Part shown: piece by piece, positions 1 through 17,500 of the stretch
Position numbering within the stretch: the stretch's first letter is position 1
How the letters are laid out: the number at the start of each line of letters is the position of its first letter
Assembly (NCBI RefSeq): GCF_009914755.1
Contig: NC_060936.1
From: the human T2T-CHM13v2.0 reference genome, Homo sapiens
Length of the DNA stretch: 64,000 bases
Reading direction: 5' to 3' (one strand)
Notes under the pieces: model-generated
Databases searched by the model: none
Told to the model about the DNA's origin: nothing
What the model saw: only the letters and a program-made list of their open reading frames with translations
Translations under genes and position numbers: made by a program

Positions 1-129
1 AGGAATAAAAAATATCTAGTCAGCAAAAAGGTAAAATTCATGGCTGACATGCAACAGAAAATTAATTGGAATGCAAAGAACCTGGAAAATAAGACTCATA
101 ATGAAGAAAAAACCTGTCCATCAAAACAT

Positions 130-3100
130 CCCTAGAGGGGTGACATCTGTGAAAATGGAAGAGTAAGGACATCTAAAAATTCTCTCTTCTATAATAGCAG
201 TGACAAAATGGGCAAAATTTGCCCGATCAGTTTTTTCAGAACTCTAGAAACTGACCAAAGACTTGCAGCAATCCAGAAGGCATTTATTCAATAAACATGG
301 CTAACTTTTGGTAAGAAGAGCAAGTTTTGTGATGGTTTAACTTCTCCTATTTCCATTCTCTTCTTTCTAGCTCCATGGTAACCTTCAAAATCAACAGCCC
401 TGTGATTATGGTGAAACCAGAATTCCGGCAGCCACTGGAGGGGAGCAGAACAGGCTTGGATATCATTCAAAGCCTCATTCCCAGAGAATTGTCATTATTT
501 GAACTGTTTAGTGGTTTTCTGGAAGACCCCACTTGCAAGAATGTCTTTATTTGACCTGACCTGCTCAGTGCTAAAAATCTAGGGACATTTGTTGCGCTCA
601 ATTAAAAACCATTGTTTAACTTTGCAGTTTCCAGGATGCTGAATAACAGTTGGAGCAACAACAGGCTAGCTAAAAAGGCTTAAAAGGAAAAGCTAGGGAA
701 TAAGATGTCCATCAGAGCTTTGAAAAGCTCCAGTGTATTAATGGGATCTAGATGGCCGTGAACATGCATCAGATTGTACACATGTCCAGGTCTGTCTGCA
801 AGCTCAGGAAGCATCTGAGGAGGGCCTGCAGCCTCTCTTCCAGCTGACCTCAAGGCTCTACACAAGCAGAAAGTTAAGATTAAGGAACAGTTGTCAACAA
901 CCTGATGAGTGTTGAAGGCCACACCCTACTCCCAACCCCCCAACACACAGTACCTTGGCAAAGGCTAGGGAACCAAAATTATTGGTTCCAGATATTAAGG
1001 AAATTACTGTCTAGTCATAGCTGACAACTAAACTAAGTGAGCAGAGACTTCAATGGCCATGTATGACAAACAATATAGACTTAACAGTTAGTTCAGAAAA
1101 GTCACTAAAAAACAAACAACAACAAACAGTAGCAACAACAAACCCTGGGGAGGAGGAAGAATCTGAATAGACTTATCACAAGTAAAGAGATTAAATTTGT
1201 AACCAAAACACTTCACACAAGAAAAGCCCAGGACCAAATGCTTAAAGAAGAATTAGCACCAAGTCTGCCAAAAGTATTCCACAGATAGAATAAAAAGGAG
1301 CACTGCCTAACTCATCCTATGAAGCCAGTTTTTCCCAAATCCAGACAGACATCACAAAAAAAAAAACTATAGACCAGTAGTTCTTAAGAATATAGATGTA
1401 AAGTTCTACAACAAAACACTAGCAAAACAATTCCAGCAACACATAAAAAGGATTATACACCATGACGAAGTAAGATTTATCCCAGGAATGCAAGATTATT
1501 GTAACATATGAAAGTCAATCTATGTAATACACCATACTAATAGAAGAATGGACAAAAAATATGATAATTTCAGTAGATGTAGACTAAACATTTGACAAAA
1601 TCTAACACACTTTCATAATATAAACATGAAGCAAACTAGGACTAGAAGGGTACTTCTTCAATCTGATAAAGGGAATCTACAGAAAATCCATAGTTAGCAT
1701 ACTGAATTAGGAAAACTAAAAGTTTTCCTACAGAGAGCAGGAACAAGACTGAAATGTCTGTTTTTACCACTTCTATTTAACATTATTCTGGAATTTCTAG
1801 ACAGGGAAATTGGACAAGGAAAGGTACAAAAGGCATCCATCTTTAAAGAAAGAAGTAAAACTATCTCTATTTGTAGATGAGATGATATTGTAAGTAGAAA
1901 ATCCCATTTAATCCACACACTAAATAATTAAATCCCCCAAAAAATTTTCAATACACAAAAAACAATTCTATTTCTATACACAAGCAACGAATAATAAGAA
2001 AAATGAAACTAACAGAACAATTCCATTTACAGAATATAAAAAATACTCAGGAATAAATTAAAAGAAGTGCAAGATTTGCACACTATAAGACACACTTGAA
2101 ATAAGTTAAAACCTAAATTAATGGAAATTCATTCCACATTCGTAGATAAGAAGACAGTATTATTAAGATAATAATATCTACCAAGTTGAACAAGAGTCAT
2201 TGCAACCTCTAACAAAATCTCAGCTGGCTCTTACATAGAACTTGACAAACTGGTCCTAAAATTCACATGGAAATGTAAGAGACTCAGAATAGCCCAGTAA
2301 TCTTAAAGAGGAAGGAAAAAAGTTGGTTCACTCATACTTCCTGACTTCAAAACTTACTATAAAATTACAGTCATCAAGACTACATGGTAATAATATATTG
2401 ATAGGCATACAGATCAAGAAAATAGAATTGAGAGTTCAGAAATAAACCAATACATTTATGGTCAATTGTCAATTGATTTTTGACAAGGATGCCAAGCTAA
2501 TTCAATGGGGGAAAGAATAATCTTTTCATGCAGAAGGATGAAATTAGACCCCTACCTCACATCACATACAAAAATTAACTCAAAATGTATCAAACTCCTA
2601 ATTGTCTGAGCTACAATTATAAAAGCCTACAAAGAAAACATAGATATATATCTTTGTGAGCATGAAGTAGGCAATAGTTTCTTAGATATGATACTTAAAG
2701 CCAAAGAACTAAAACAAAAAACAAAATAAATTTCACTTCATCAAAGCATACTATTAAGAGAAAAGATAACCCACAGAATTGGAGAAAATATTTGCAAATC
2801 ATCTAACTGATAAAAGTTGGTACCCAGAATATATAAATAATTTACAACTCACCCAGTGAAAAAATGAGCAGCCAGGCATGGTAGCTTATGCTATAGTCCC
2901 AGCACTTTTGGAGGCCCAGGAGGGATGATCCCTTGAGCCCAGGAGTAAGAAACCAGCTTGGGCAACACAGGGAGACCCCATCTCTACAAAAAAAAAAAAA
3001 AAAAGCTAGAGATGGTGGCACATGGCTGTAGTCGCAGCTACTCAGCAAGTTTAGGTGGGAGGATTGCTTGAGCCTAGGAGGTCAAGACTTCAGTGAGCTG

Positions 3101-3990
3101 TAATTATACCACCGCACTCCAGCTTGGGCAACAGAACAAGACTGCATCTCAAAAAAAAAAAAAAAAAAAAAAAGATGGGCAGAAGATTTGAATAGACATT
3201 TATCTAAAGATATACAAATACCTAAAACACACACAAAAAGATACTCAACATCATTAGTCATTAGAGAAATGCAACTTAAACATAAAATAGATACCATTTC
3301 ATACATACTAGGATGGTTATGTTAAAAAAAAGATGGATTATAACAAGTGCTGTTGATGACTGATGATGATATGGAGAGAGAAATAGGAACCTTTATACAT
3401 TGCTGATAGGAAAGAAAAATGGTGTGGCCACTGTGGAAAACAGTTTGGCAGTTCCTCAAAATATTAAATAGAGTTATGATACCCAGCTATTCTATCCCTA
3501 GGTATATGCCCAAGAAAATTGAAAACATACATCCACACAAAAACTTGTATGCAAATGTTCCTAACAGCATTATTGAAACGTCAAAATTGGAATCAATCCA
3601 AATGTCCATCAACTGACAAATAAATAGACAAAATATAGTATATTCCTACAATGGAATATTATTTATCATAAAAAGGAATGAAGCATTGATGTATGATAAA
3701 ACTTGTATAAAGTTTTAAAATATCATGCTAAGTGAAAGAAGCTAGACACAAAAGACCACATATGGTATGATTCCATTTATACCAAATGTGCAGAACAGGC
3801 AAATCCACAGATACAGAAAGCAGATTAGTGGTTGTCTGAGACTAGGAGAAAATGTGAGAATAAGGAATTACTACTTATGGGTGCAGATATTTTTTTGGGA
3901 GTGATAAAAAGGCCTGGGATTAGATCATGGTGATGCTTGCACATACAGGTGATTATACTAAAATTCGCTAAATTATAAACATGTGCATAG
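130..3990 (+). mobile_element. Old L1M (L1MB-like) element: 5' region, ORF2 remnants and 3' end, interrupted by an Alu
   Basis: Degenerate ORF2 motifs (e.g. PLWKTVWQFLK at 3419-3616) and an L1M-type 3' UTR; many stops. Confidence 0.8.
2871..3173 (+). mobile_element. AluJ-like SINE
   Basis: Dimeric Alu with J-type ttgagcccaggag, an expanded central A run and an A tail. Confidence 0.9.
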
Positions 3991-3999
3991 ATGTTAGAA

Positions 4000-4645
4000 T
4001 TAGATGTCCAGAAGAAGATGTTAAAAAGATAATTTTTAAAAAAATTCAAGAAAAAAATAAAATAAAAATTGGAAAATTTTACCTACAAAAATAAAAGTAA
4101 CTATGTTTCATATGTTCAAAATGTTAAGTAGAGATATGGAAGATATAAAAAAGCTGAAATTAAACCTCTAAAGATGAAGATGATAATGGCTTAGATAAAA
4201 AAACAGACTGGATGGGGATCAGACATCAGAAAGAAAAGAAAAGCAAATGTAAAGACATCTATATAATGGAATATTATTCAACAATAAAAGAAAAAACTAT
4301 TGATACATACTACAACCTGATCAAATCTCAAAATACTTACATTACAGCAGACAAAAAAAGTATGTACTGTATGATCCACTTATATAAAACTCTAGAAAAT
4401 GCAAACAAGTATAGTGATAGATCACTAATATAGAAAACAGGTAAGGTCACTTATTGGGTGAGGAGGGAAAAGAGAGGGGGGAAAGAGATTATAAAGCAGC
4501 ACAAGGAAACTTTTGGGAGTGATGGAAATCAAAATGGTACTGGTTTTATGGCTGTGTACATGTGTTAAAACTTATTAAGCTATATATTTTGAATATATTT
4601 AGTTTATGGTTCATCAATTACACCTCGATAAAGCCATTTCTAAAA
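4000..4645 (+). mobile_element. Old L1M fragments (3' end)
   Basis: atggaatattattca / atactgtatgatccact-type L1 3' motifs. Confidence 0.6.
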
Positions 4646-4926
4646 AGTGGACAACTGTACGGTGCCAGTTTGCCAAATTGTTCCTGGTGGTTGGTTTCAC
4701 AGTTGGCACCTACTGACACTTGAGACTTGCACTAGAGTTTAACACATATGTCACTATTACTCTATTTGCACCATCCAACTGTCAGTGGTCTCATTCCTTA
4801 GATTGATATGCATACCATCATCTGCCCTCATATTCAAATTTTATACCCAGTTTCAGCTGTGTCAAATTGTAGATCCAGCTGTTTTATCAAGGAGCAAAAA
4901 TTCTCAACTTCCTTTCTTTACCTTAC

Positions 4927-5097
4927 CTGTGATGAGTCTGCTGTTACCACAATGTAATTGCAAGGAGGGTTCCTGCAATTCTTGGATGTAAGAGATATGG
5001 TTGAAGAATTATAGACTATTTCATTCACTTGTCTGATTTGGTTATCTGTGCACTCCATTCGTTGATGTGAATCTTTTCTCTCACATGATGTTGAACA
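4927..5097 (-). CDS. ADAMTS20: ADAMTS20 coding exon, degenerate TSR (CSTSCERKDSHQRMEC...VTADSSQ)
   Basis: Acceptor catttctag|TGT and donor CAG|gtaagg; 171 nt, open frame, phase 0-0. Confidence 0.9.
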
Positions 5098-5172
5098 CTA
5101 GAAATGCAATAACCAAATGAATAACACATTCTTATATGCAGTGTCTTTGAAAATTTACATGTCGATACTCAC

Positions 5173-5346
5173 ATTCAGCCTCCCTCTTTCCATCCCCTTG
5201 TGCTGCACACAGTCCTGACTCCAACATCGCCTCTGAGAACAAGGTCGGGTGGACTGATCACACATTTCTTCAACCACCTGACCAACACCTTTCAGTCTGC
5301 AGTATACATCCCTCTGCTGAACTCCAGAGCCACAGGTCACAGAGCA
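5173..5346 (-). CDS. ADAMTS20: ADAMTS20 coding exon, TSR (CSVTCGSGVQQRDVYC...KGMERGRLN)
   Basis: Acceptor cctttgtag|TGC and donor AAT|gtgagt; 174 nt, phase 0-0. Confidence 0.94.
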
Positions 5347-5829
5347 CTACAAAGGAGTCCAGTTGATTTGAACAATTAGCTAATAAATACCAAATTATAT
5401 AAAAGTAGCCAATGGAGCCATTACATATTATTTATTTTAAATACAGCCTGGTATTAAAACATGAATTAGATAAAAAATACATACAATAAGTATTTTTACC
5501 ATTATCTCTGTAAATGTATATTTTCCCTGTTTGGCATAAGGCACTTCAAGCTTTACAGAAACTCTGACAAGCGAATCAAGTTATAGTAGACAGCATCTCA
5601 ATCAATGACTCTGTCTTCTACTTAAATGAGTATAATGTCTATAAAAATTACCACACAATTAATCATGAATTATTCCACAACATTGCTTTTAAATGTCAAT
5701 TAAATTCTTAGACTATACTCATTATCTCCCTCAAAGAAACAATAATTTCCAAGATTGTGTTATATTCATCTTTTTATCTACAGTACCTACTATAGTTTGT
5801 ACCTGTTATGGAATCTAAATACTTGCTAA

Positions 5830-9850
<4,021 letters not shown>

Positions 9851-10108
9851 TGATTTGTTGATTCATGATTATATTTCAATGGATAGGAGTTTTGGAAAAC
9901 TGGCTGTGTAAACTGTAAACTTAGACAACTTTGTCCAAGTCTTGTTTTTCTTATGTGTACAATTTTGTGTTACTTGTGAAATGTCACAGAACACTTTCCA
10001 TACATTTATTCCTGTCAACAGCTCTATAAAAGCGGTACTATGGCTGAGGACACTGGGACTCAGAGAGGTTAAAGTCCCTTGCCTGAGGTGCTGCCTATAG
10101 TTAGTGAT

Positions 10109-12724
10109 TGTCTTAGTCTGTTCAGGCTGCTATAACAAAATACCATAAACAGAATGTCTCACACACCAGAAATTTACTTCCCACAATTTTGGAGGCTGGA
10201 ATTTCAAGATCAAGGTGCTGGCAGATTCTACATCCAGTGAGAGTCCACTTTCTGGTTCCTACAGGGCACCCTCTCACTGTGTTCTCATATGGAGGAAGGG
10301 ATGAGCTAGCTTTCTGGGGTGTCCTTTATAAGGGACTAGAAAAGGCCCCACCTCCTAATACCATCACCTTGGGGGATAGAACTTCATCATATAAATTTTG
10401 AAAGAACACAACCATTCAGATCATCCCATTCTTTCCCTGCCCCACTCCTCAAATTCGTGTCCTTCTCACATGAAAAATATATTCATTCCATCTCAATAAT
10501 ACCAAAGTCTTAGCTCATTCTAGCATCAATTCAAAAGTCTATAAAGTCCAGACTCTCATCTCAGTATCATCTCAATCAGATATGAGTGAGATTCAAGGTA
10601 TAATTGATTCATCCTGAGGCAAATATCTCTTCAGCTGTGAACCTGTGAAATCAAGAAAGTTATGTGCTTACACAACACAATGGTGGTACAGGCAAGCCAT
10701 AGGGTAGACATTCTCATTCCAAAAAAGAAAAGTAGAAAAGAAGAAAAGGGTAATAGGACTTGAGTAAGTAAAAAACCCAGCAGAGCCAACAACAGTAAAT
10801 CTTAAGTCTTGAGAATAATCTTTGATGCAATGTTCCACCTTCTGGACACACTGGGGCAGGGATTGGGTCCTCAGGGCTCTAGGTGGCATTGCCCCATGGC
10901 TTTGTTGGATTCAGCCCATGCCACAGTTCTCATGGATTGTAGTTTGGTGCCTATGGCCCTTCCAGACTGAAGTTGCATGCCAGTGGCTATAGTGGTCTGG
11001 GGTCATGGGGGCAGCTCTGATGCCATGGCATCAGCTTAGTGGGGACAATTCAGCCAGGTTTTTTTTGTTTTTGTTTTTGTTTTTGTTTTTTTGCCACTTT
11101 AGAACAAGGATGGACTTTCCTCCACTGTCCAATAACATGATAACATGTTATGATTTCCATCTGAGACCTCATGGCCTTTACTGTCCATATTTCCATGAAC
11201 ATATCTCTGCCCTTGCAATGGCCCTCTTCCTTGCTCATGTGCCCAAGTCCGTAGGCAGCTCTATCCTTTGAAATTTAGGCGGAAGTTGCCACACAAGCAT
11301 GACTCATTTACTCTGTGTGTCAGTGGAGATAGTCCCACTTGGACACTGCTAAAGTTTATCACCTGTGAACTCTGGAGGGATGGCCATCATAGCCATTGCT
11401 GTACTTGGGACCACTGGAGACACATCTGGGGTAGTTGAGGACTGCTGTGCCAGAATGTGGGAAGCAGAGCCAATAATGTGGGGTGGCACCAAACCATTGC
11501 AGCCCTGTTCTGTCCTTAGGCCATTGCACTCTGGGCCTATGCAATCCCTGAGGAGCTTCAGAATGCTGTTGGGAGGCCATCCTTCCATTGTCTTAGACAA
11601 TATATTATGGCATCTGTTTAGATAGCTGTCTAATCTCCCTGTTGTACTGATAAACAGCTCATAGCTTAGATTGAAATTGCTGATTCAAACTAATCAAACT
11701 AATCTCCTTATCAAATTCAGCCACACCTTTTGTATTCTCTCCTGAACTTTCTCATTTTTTCAAATATAAATAGGCTGAGAATTTTCCAAAATGTTAAGTT
11801 CTGCTTTCTTTTTTATTAACAACTCCATCTTTGTATCATTTCTCTTTTTAAATTTTTCTATTAGCAGTCAAGAGAAGCCAAGTTGCACCTTCAATACTTT
11901 GCTTAGAAATATCCTCAGCCTAACAGCCAATTTCATCACTTATCAGTTCTATCTTCCACAAAACACTGGAACATGAGTACAGTTCTGTCAGGTTTTGTTT
12001 TTTTGTTTGTTTTTTGCCACTTTCGAGCAAGCATGGACTTTCCTACACTGTCCAATAACAATTTCTATCTGAGACTTCATGGCCTTTACTGTCCATATTT
12101 CTAAGAACATTCTGTTTGCAACTACTTAGGTATTCTCAAAGATTGAGGCTCTCTCTAAAGCTCTCCTCTTCTCTTTATGGGCTTTTACAAGAATAGCCCT
12201 TAATGATCCATTCATGGCACTATAGGCTTTTTCTAGCATGCATTTCAAAGCTCTTCCAGCTGCTAGTCATTACCCAGTTCCAAAACCACTTCTGTATTTT
12301 AGATATTTGTTATAGCAGCACCTCATTATCAGTACCAATTTTTTTTTATCTTAGTCTATTAGGGCTGCTATAACAAAATACCATAAACTCATGGCTTATA
12401 AACAACAGAAATTTATTTCTCACAGTTCTGGAGGCTGGGAATTTCAAGATCAAGGTGCTGGCGGTGTCAGTGTCTGGTGAGGGCCTACTTTCTGATCTGT
12501 AGAAGGGTGCCTTCTCACTGTGTCGTCACATGGGTGAAGGAACAAGCTAGATCTCTGGAGTGTCTTTTATAAGAGAACTAATTCCAACAATGAGTGCTCT
12601 ACCCTCATGATTTAGTCAGCTCCTAAAGTCCCTACCTCCTAATACCATCACCTCAAGGATTAGGATTTCAACACATGCATATTTTTTTTCAGGTGTAGGG
12701 TTGGCAAATATTCAGATCATAGCA
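10109..12724 (-). mobile_element. Two-LTR MaLR provirus (MLT1A/MST-like): LTR 10109-10428, internal region, LTR 12347-12724; inserted in a MIR-like fragment
   Basis: Both LTRs begin t(g/a)tcttagtct...gctgctataacaaaataccataaac and end ttcagatcat..ca; MaLR internal sequence lies between them. Confidence 0.88.
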
Positions 12725-13999
12725 GCAGTGAAAAATAGTTGAAGTTCTGTTCTTTTTTACTCCAGACTGAGCTCTTACTGTGTTGCCTCCTGGGGATGAA
12801 GGAGGACTTGGCAATCTTTCAACTCGAGGATGTCACATCTTCCAAAATTAAGTAGTAAAGCCATATAATAACAGAGCTTAACTACAAGAGCTGTGATGCC
12901 AACGTTAACAAAGTGTAGAGTATGTCTAAAGATATTTAATTTGTGAGTTTCATTGTTTATATTCCTTGTCATTCCAGTAGGAATTGGAGGTCATAATGAG
13001 TAATATTGTTTGGGGATCCATTAGTATTCCCAACTGTAATATTATAAGGGGGAAAAATCAGGTTATTCACCAAGTTCATTATTTCTGCAGGATTCCAGAG
13101 TAACTAATTTCCTTTTCACAACAGTAAATATATATCTGCAAAATACAGTTTTACCCTGAAAGAAAAAAATTTAAAGCCCACAAAAGCTAAGAATTTCGTT
13201 TACCCAGTAGACTAAAATTCCTCTCATAAACTGTGTCAACATTTTTACTGGAAAAGCACTTTAAAATTTAGTTTTCTCTCTTGTGAGTATAAGCAGCAAC
13301 CACCAACTTCAAAGAGAATTTTTGTTGTTTTACTTATGAAGTAAAATATAAGGCATATTTAAATGTATAAAATCTTATGCACATCTACATAACTTACACT
13401 GACCTTCATGTTATGCTTAAGCAGTTGAATTTTGCCAACTCATTAAATATTTTCAGAAAAAAATATACAGTTTTTTGTGTAGAGAATAATAATTTCATGT
13501 GCACTTTGTGTATGGCACAATATTAAATAGACTAAAATGTCTGGATGTAGTTTAACGTAAATGAATCTCTTATGAAAATGTCTAGCCTATAAAATAAAGC
13601 TCCTGAAAACATTTTTCACAGCTAATTTCAGAAATATAAACTATATTTGGAAAACATCCTGCCTCTAAGCCTGAAAAAGAATTCCCGGAAAAAAATAGTT
13701 TATAAAACACAGTTTAGCAAGAAGTTCTATTAGATAAATATAATTTCCTACAATTCAATAAACCACACTTAATTATTGGTCCTTTGATCCTAGCATGAGT
13801 TTTTAAAAATCCACTAAGAGAGCAGCTAGCTACTATATTTTCGATATGAACCTCTTCTCTAAAAAGAAAAAGAAGGGACTACTACTTGGAAGAAAAAAAG
13901 TAACTTGTTTTTCAGTTTTTAGGAATAAAAGTACAAAAGCATAAATCAGTATGGTTTTAGATTTTAACATAGACGAATTCATTGCTTAAATTGAATATT

Positions 14000-14530
14000 C
14001 CTTAGCCTGCTGTCATCAATAACCCCAACTGCCAAGTCCAATAGAAAGTTTTCAAATCTTTTCTTAGTTAATCTCCCGAACACATTTGGCACCACTGATC
14101 ACTTTCTGTTGAATCATTCTGGTTCTGTGATTGAAACTCCTTTAGTTCTAGGGGGTCTCCTCTTACCTCTTGAATTGCTCCTTCTCAGGGTCTTTTACTA
14201 TTTTCTCTGCATATTCTTTAAATGTCAGCATATCCCAGGGCTCCATTTATAACTGGCTTCTCTTAAAAAGCTCTTTCTGAGCAATTTCTTCTATACATGA
14301 GTAATTTCTAAATGTTATCTCCAGCTTTGGTCACAGTTCTGAGTTCTGCATTTACATTTTCATGTATTTATAAGAACCGTTTCATGTATTTACAAGATTT
14401 TTATGTGTTTTCTACTTAGATATGTCAAAGGCACCTAAAATGTAACATTTCCATAGCAGAACTCTTTCCCTTTTCCCAAAGCCATTTTCTTCTAAGGTTG
14501 TAGATACAGGGAAAACACTATCATCCACTC
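14000..14530 (+). mobile_element. L2 fragment
   Basis: Pyrimidine-rich decayed L2 ORF2 motifs (gcatatcccagggctcc, tctacttagatatgtc..aggcacctaaaa). Confidence 0.55.
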
Positions 14531-17500
14531 TTAAGTGGCTTACTAGAATGGCTTCTCAAGGTACATTATAACTCCTTAATATGTATCCATTATTTTAACA
14601 GTGTTATAGAACTAATATAAGCATGTCAAATTTTGTTTTTTTAAAAAATCCAGGTAATGAATGTAAAGGCATTGTGAAGCTGTAAGTGCAATTATAACAC
14701 CACCTAATTGACTGGGATGCACTACTTCTTCATCTATATTACATAACTCAATCCAGACAGTTCATAAATATCCTATTTATGAAAAAATATAACACTGCAT
14801 ACATTAGTGCTTTAAAGACTTGAGAGTGGAAATGGATTAGGTAAATTTTAGCGAATCCACAGGTACTGTAACCATTATAGCTATTGCGGAGCAGAGATAA
14901 GGAAATATTAGATTCTGCATTGCAAAAATGGGTTCATCAAGGCTGACTCACTCTGCTATTTAATAAATAATTATTTAAAATGAAAATAGGGAAGTCTTCT
15001 CTTTTGAAGCCTTGTTTATAATTTTTTTATTATGGATAAGGTTTTGATTTCATTATAGTCACTTATTTGCAACTATGGTTTATTTCAAGGGAATCAATAA
15101 TATAGTAGTACCATTAGCAGTAGTATAGTATTTTGAGGTTAAAGAGACTCTAGGAATAAGTAATCCTAATTTCTCTTTCATTATGAAATCTTTCTATAAC
15201 AATAATGAATGAGTGACCATAAAACCTACCCATACTTAACTTCATTGTGGCTATGTTCACCGTATTGTGAAAGCAGCCATGGCATTTTTTAATCTGCAAT
15301 ATTAGCAAATATTCTCTTATATTGAACTAGAATATTTTTTAAACTTTAATGCATTGTCCAGAATCTGTCTGTCTTTTAAATGTAGAACAAATACATACCT
15401 AATTTCATGTGAGAAAGTATGAAGATGTGAGGACTGGAACTGTGGCAGCCATTTTATGACCATTACAAGTTGAACAACAGAATCACAGAAATGCCAATCC
15501 AGCACCCTAATGTTGTAGAGCTGCTGAATTAAAATTAAAATCAGCAACACTCTGATTTTGTTATACGAAAAATAAAAGTCTTTGTAGTTTAAATCACTAA
15601 TAAAATCAGGGCTCTTGCTACTGGCAGCAGAACACTAGACAACTGACAGCATAGTTGCTACCATTTAATTGTTTTTCTCTAGGGATATGGAAAATTGTCA
15701 AGATTTTACTTATAATCTGTATTCCAGAATAGGCACCACTTCAAATATCTGATCAGGATATATTAGTGCCCAACACTTTGAACATCATCCTTCTGTTAAT
15801 GTAACCTAGTATGTTAGTGATTTAAGCAACTCCATCATATTTAATATGTGATCAACTATATCCTCAGTTATTTACCCTTTAACCTGTAAAATCTATATAT
15901 ATAATATTTCACATTTATGCAACAGACATTTTTACATTAAAAACTTGCCATGAATTCAGCACAACTTAGAAATTACATTTCTATTGACTACACTATTACA
16001 TGCAGTGCAGTGACGGCCTGAAATTGTGAACTTCATGTGTCCTTCTTGGCCAAAGGGGCAATAATTTGCTAAGGAAATATAAGGATGAGCTAATGTATAA
16101 TGATATTAATGGGATAACGATAACTAGTATAATGGAGAAAGCTCAACTAGACCTCTGTTCAAATCCCTGCCCCCAACATTTCCTGCACTATGACCTACAC
16201 AAGCTTCTTAACCTTTCTATAAGCTGCTGTTTCTTCATCTGTCTAATGAACGTAATAAAACCTGCATTTGTGGGGAATAAAAACTCTTAATATAGTATCA
16301 GGAAGTGACTGTCCCTTGCTGCTCCCTTCTTCTCATTTTTTTACTTTTCTTATGGAGATTCAACCATTTATGCCTTGAAAAGTTTGATAAATGCCCTAAG
16401 TTAGAGTGCTAGTCACCTCAGCCTACCCCAAGAAAGGCCATTTTAAATATCAAGAAAGATGATAAAGGAGGAGCATTAACAGATAGCACTGAAATGAAAA
16501 ATAGAATTTCACTATCTAGAAAAAATTAGGAAGCAAAGTTTAACCAGCGCTGGAAGCAGGAGGGCATCCTCCCTGTCCCTGAACCCTAGTCTACCTTCAC
16601 CAGTAGAAATGTCACTGAATACCCTGACATTTCAAATGAAGGGATCACAGATTCTTAGGAGCTTTAGGGACTTAAAAAATTAACATTTACTATTTTTCAA
16701 ATTATAAAACATATATGTATATGTCAGAAATTCTGAAAATATAGAAATAAAGATTTATACTTATGTATTTTTGAAATATAGACAATATGGAATTACAGAA
16801 ATACAAAATATCTTAAACATCTAGCATTTAGCATACAGTTTCTTTCTTTTCTTTTTTTTCCAAATTAGGGGCTTTGGGTGGGGAGCACTGGGCAGCAGAT
16901 TTGTGGGATTTTGGAATTTATATCACCTTTGGTCCCAGCTCTGGTCTTAAAATGCAAGTAAGAAAATGATGGGTCTCAAAGAAGGTGTAAGCAGCCAAGA
17001 GGCTGATTTGACCTGGTTCTACATTGAATACTGTTGTGTGAGATTCTTTTTTTTTTTTTTTTTTTTTTGAGAGTTTTAGAATGGATTTACTATATGAGAC
17101 TGGAGAACACACTATCTGACCATACTTCTTAGGAAGGTCCAAAGAAAACACTTCATTCACCAAGGTAATTAAGAATGCACTGGTGAGGGGACACAGGCTG
17201 TCCAGCAGGTTTGCCATGATTAAGGGGAGGTGAGAATTCAGAATATTTTTTTCCTAGAGATTGTGCATTTGGATGGCACTAAAGTAAGTAGATGGGACCT
17301 GAGACAATGAAGAATCTAGAACCATACTAGCTTTAAAAACTTGAATTTACAAGTGAAGCTGCTATTCCCAAATAGATAAAATTAAACGAAAAAAAAAATC
17401 CCCTCGCTTCCAGGAAGTGGGGGTGGGGTGGGATTATTTTTTCTTTTAAATGATTCAATTATTTAATTTGCATCTAAGGATATACATTTGAACATAGAGG

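Noticed and set aside
17047-17068. Isolated T22 followed by gaga, considered as a tail-only retroinsertion
   Set aside because: No Alu body and no convincing TSD; indistinguishable from slippage.
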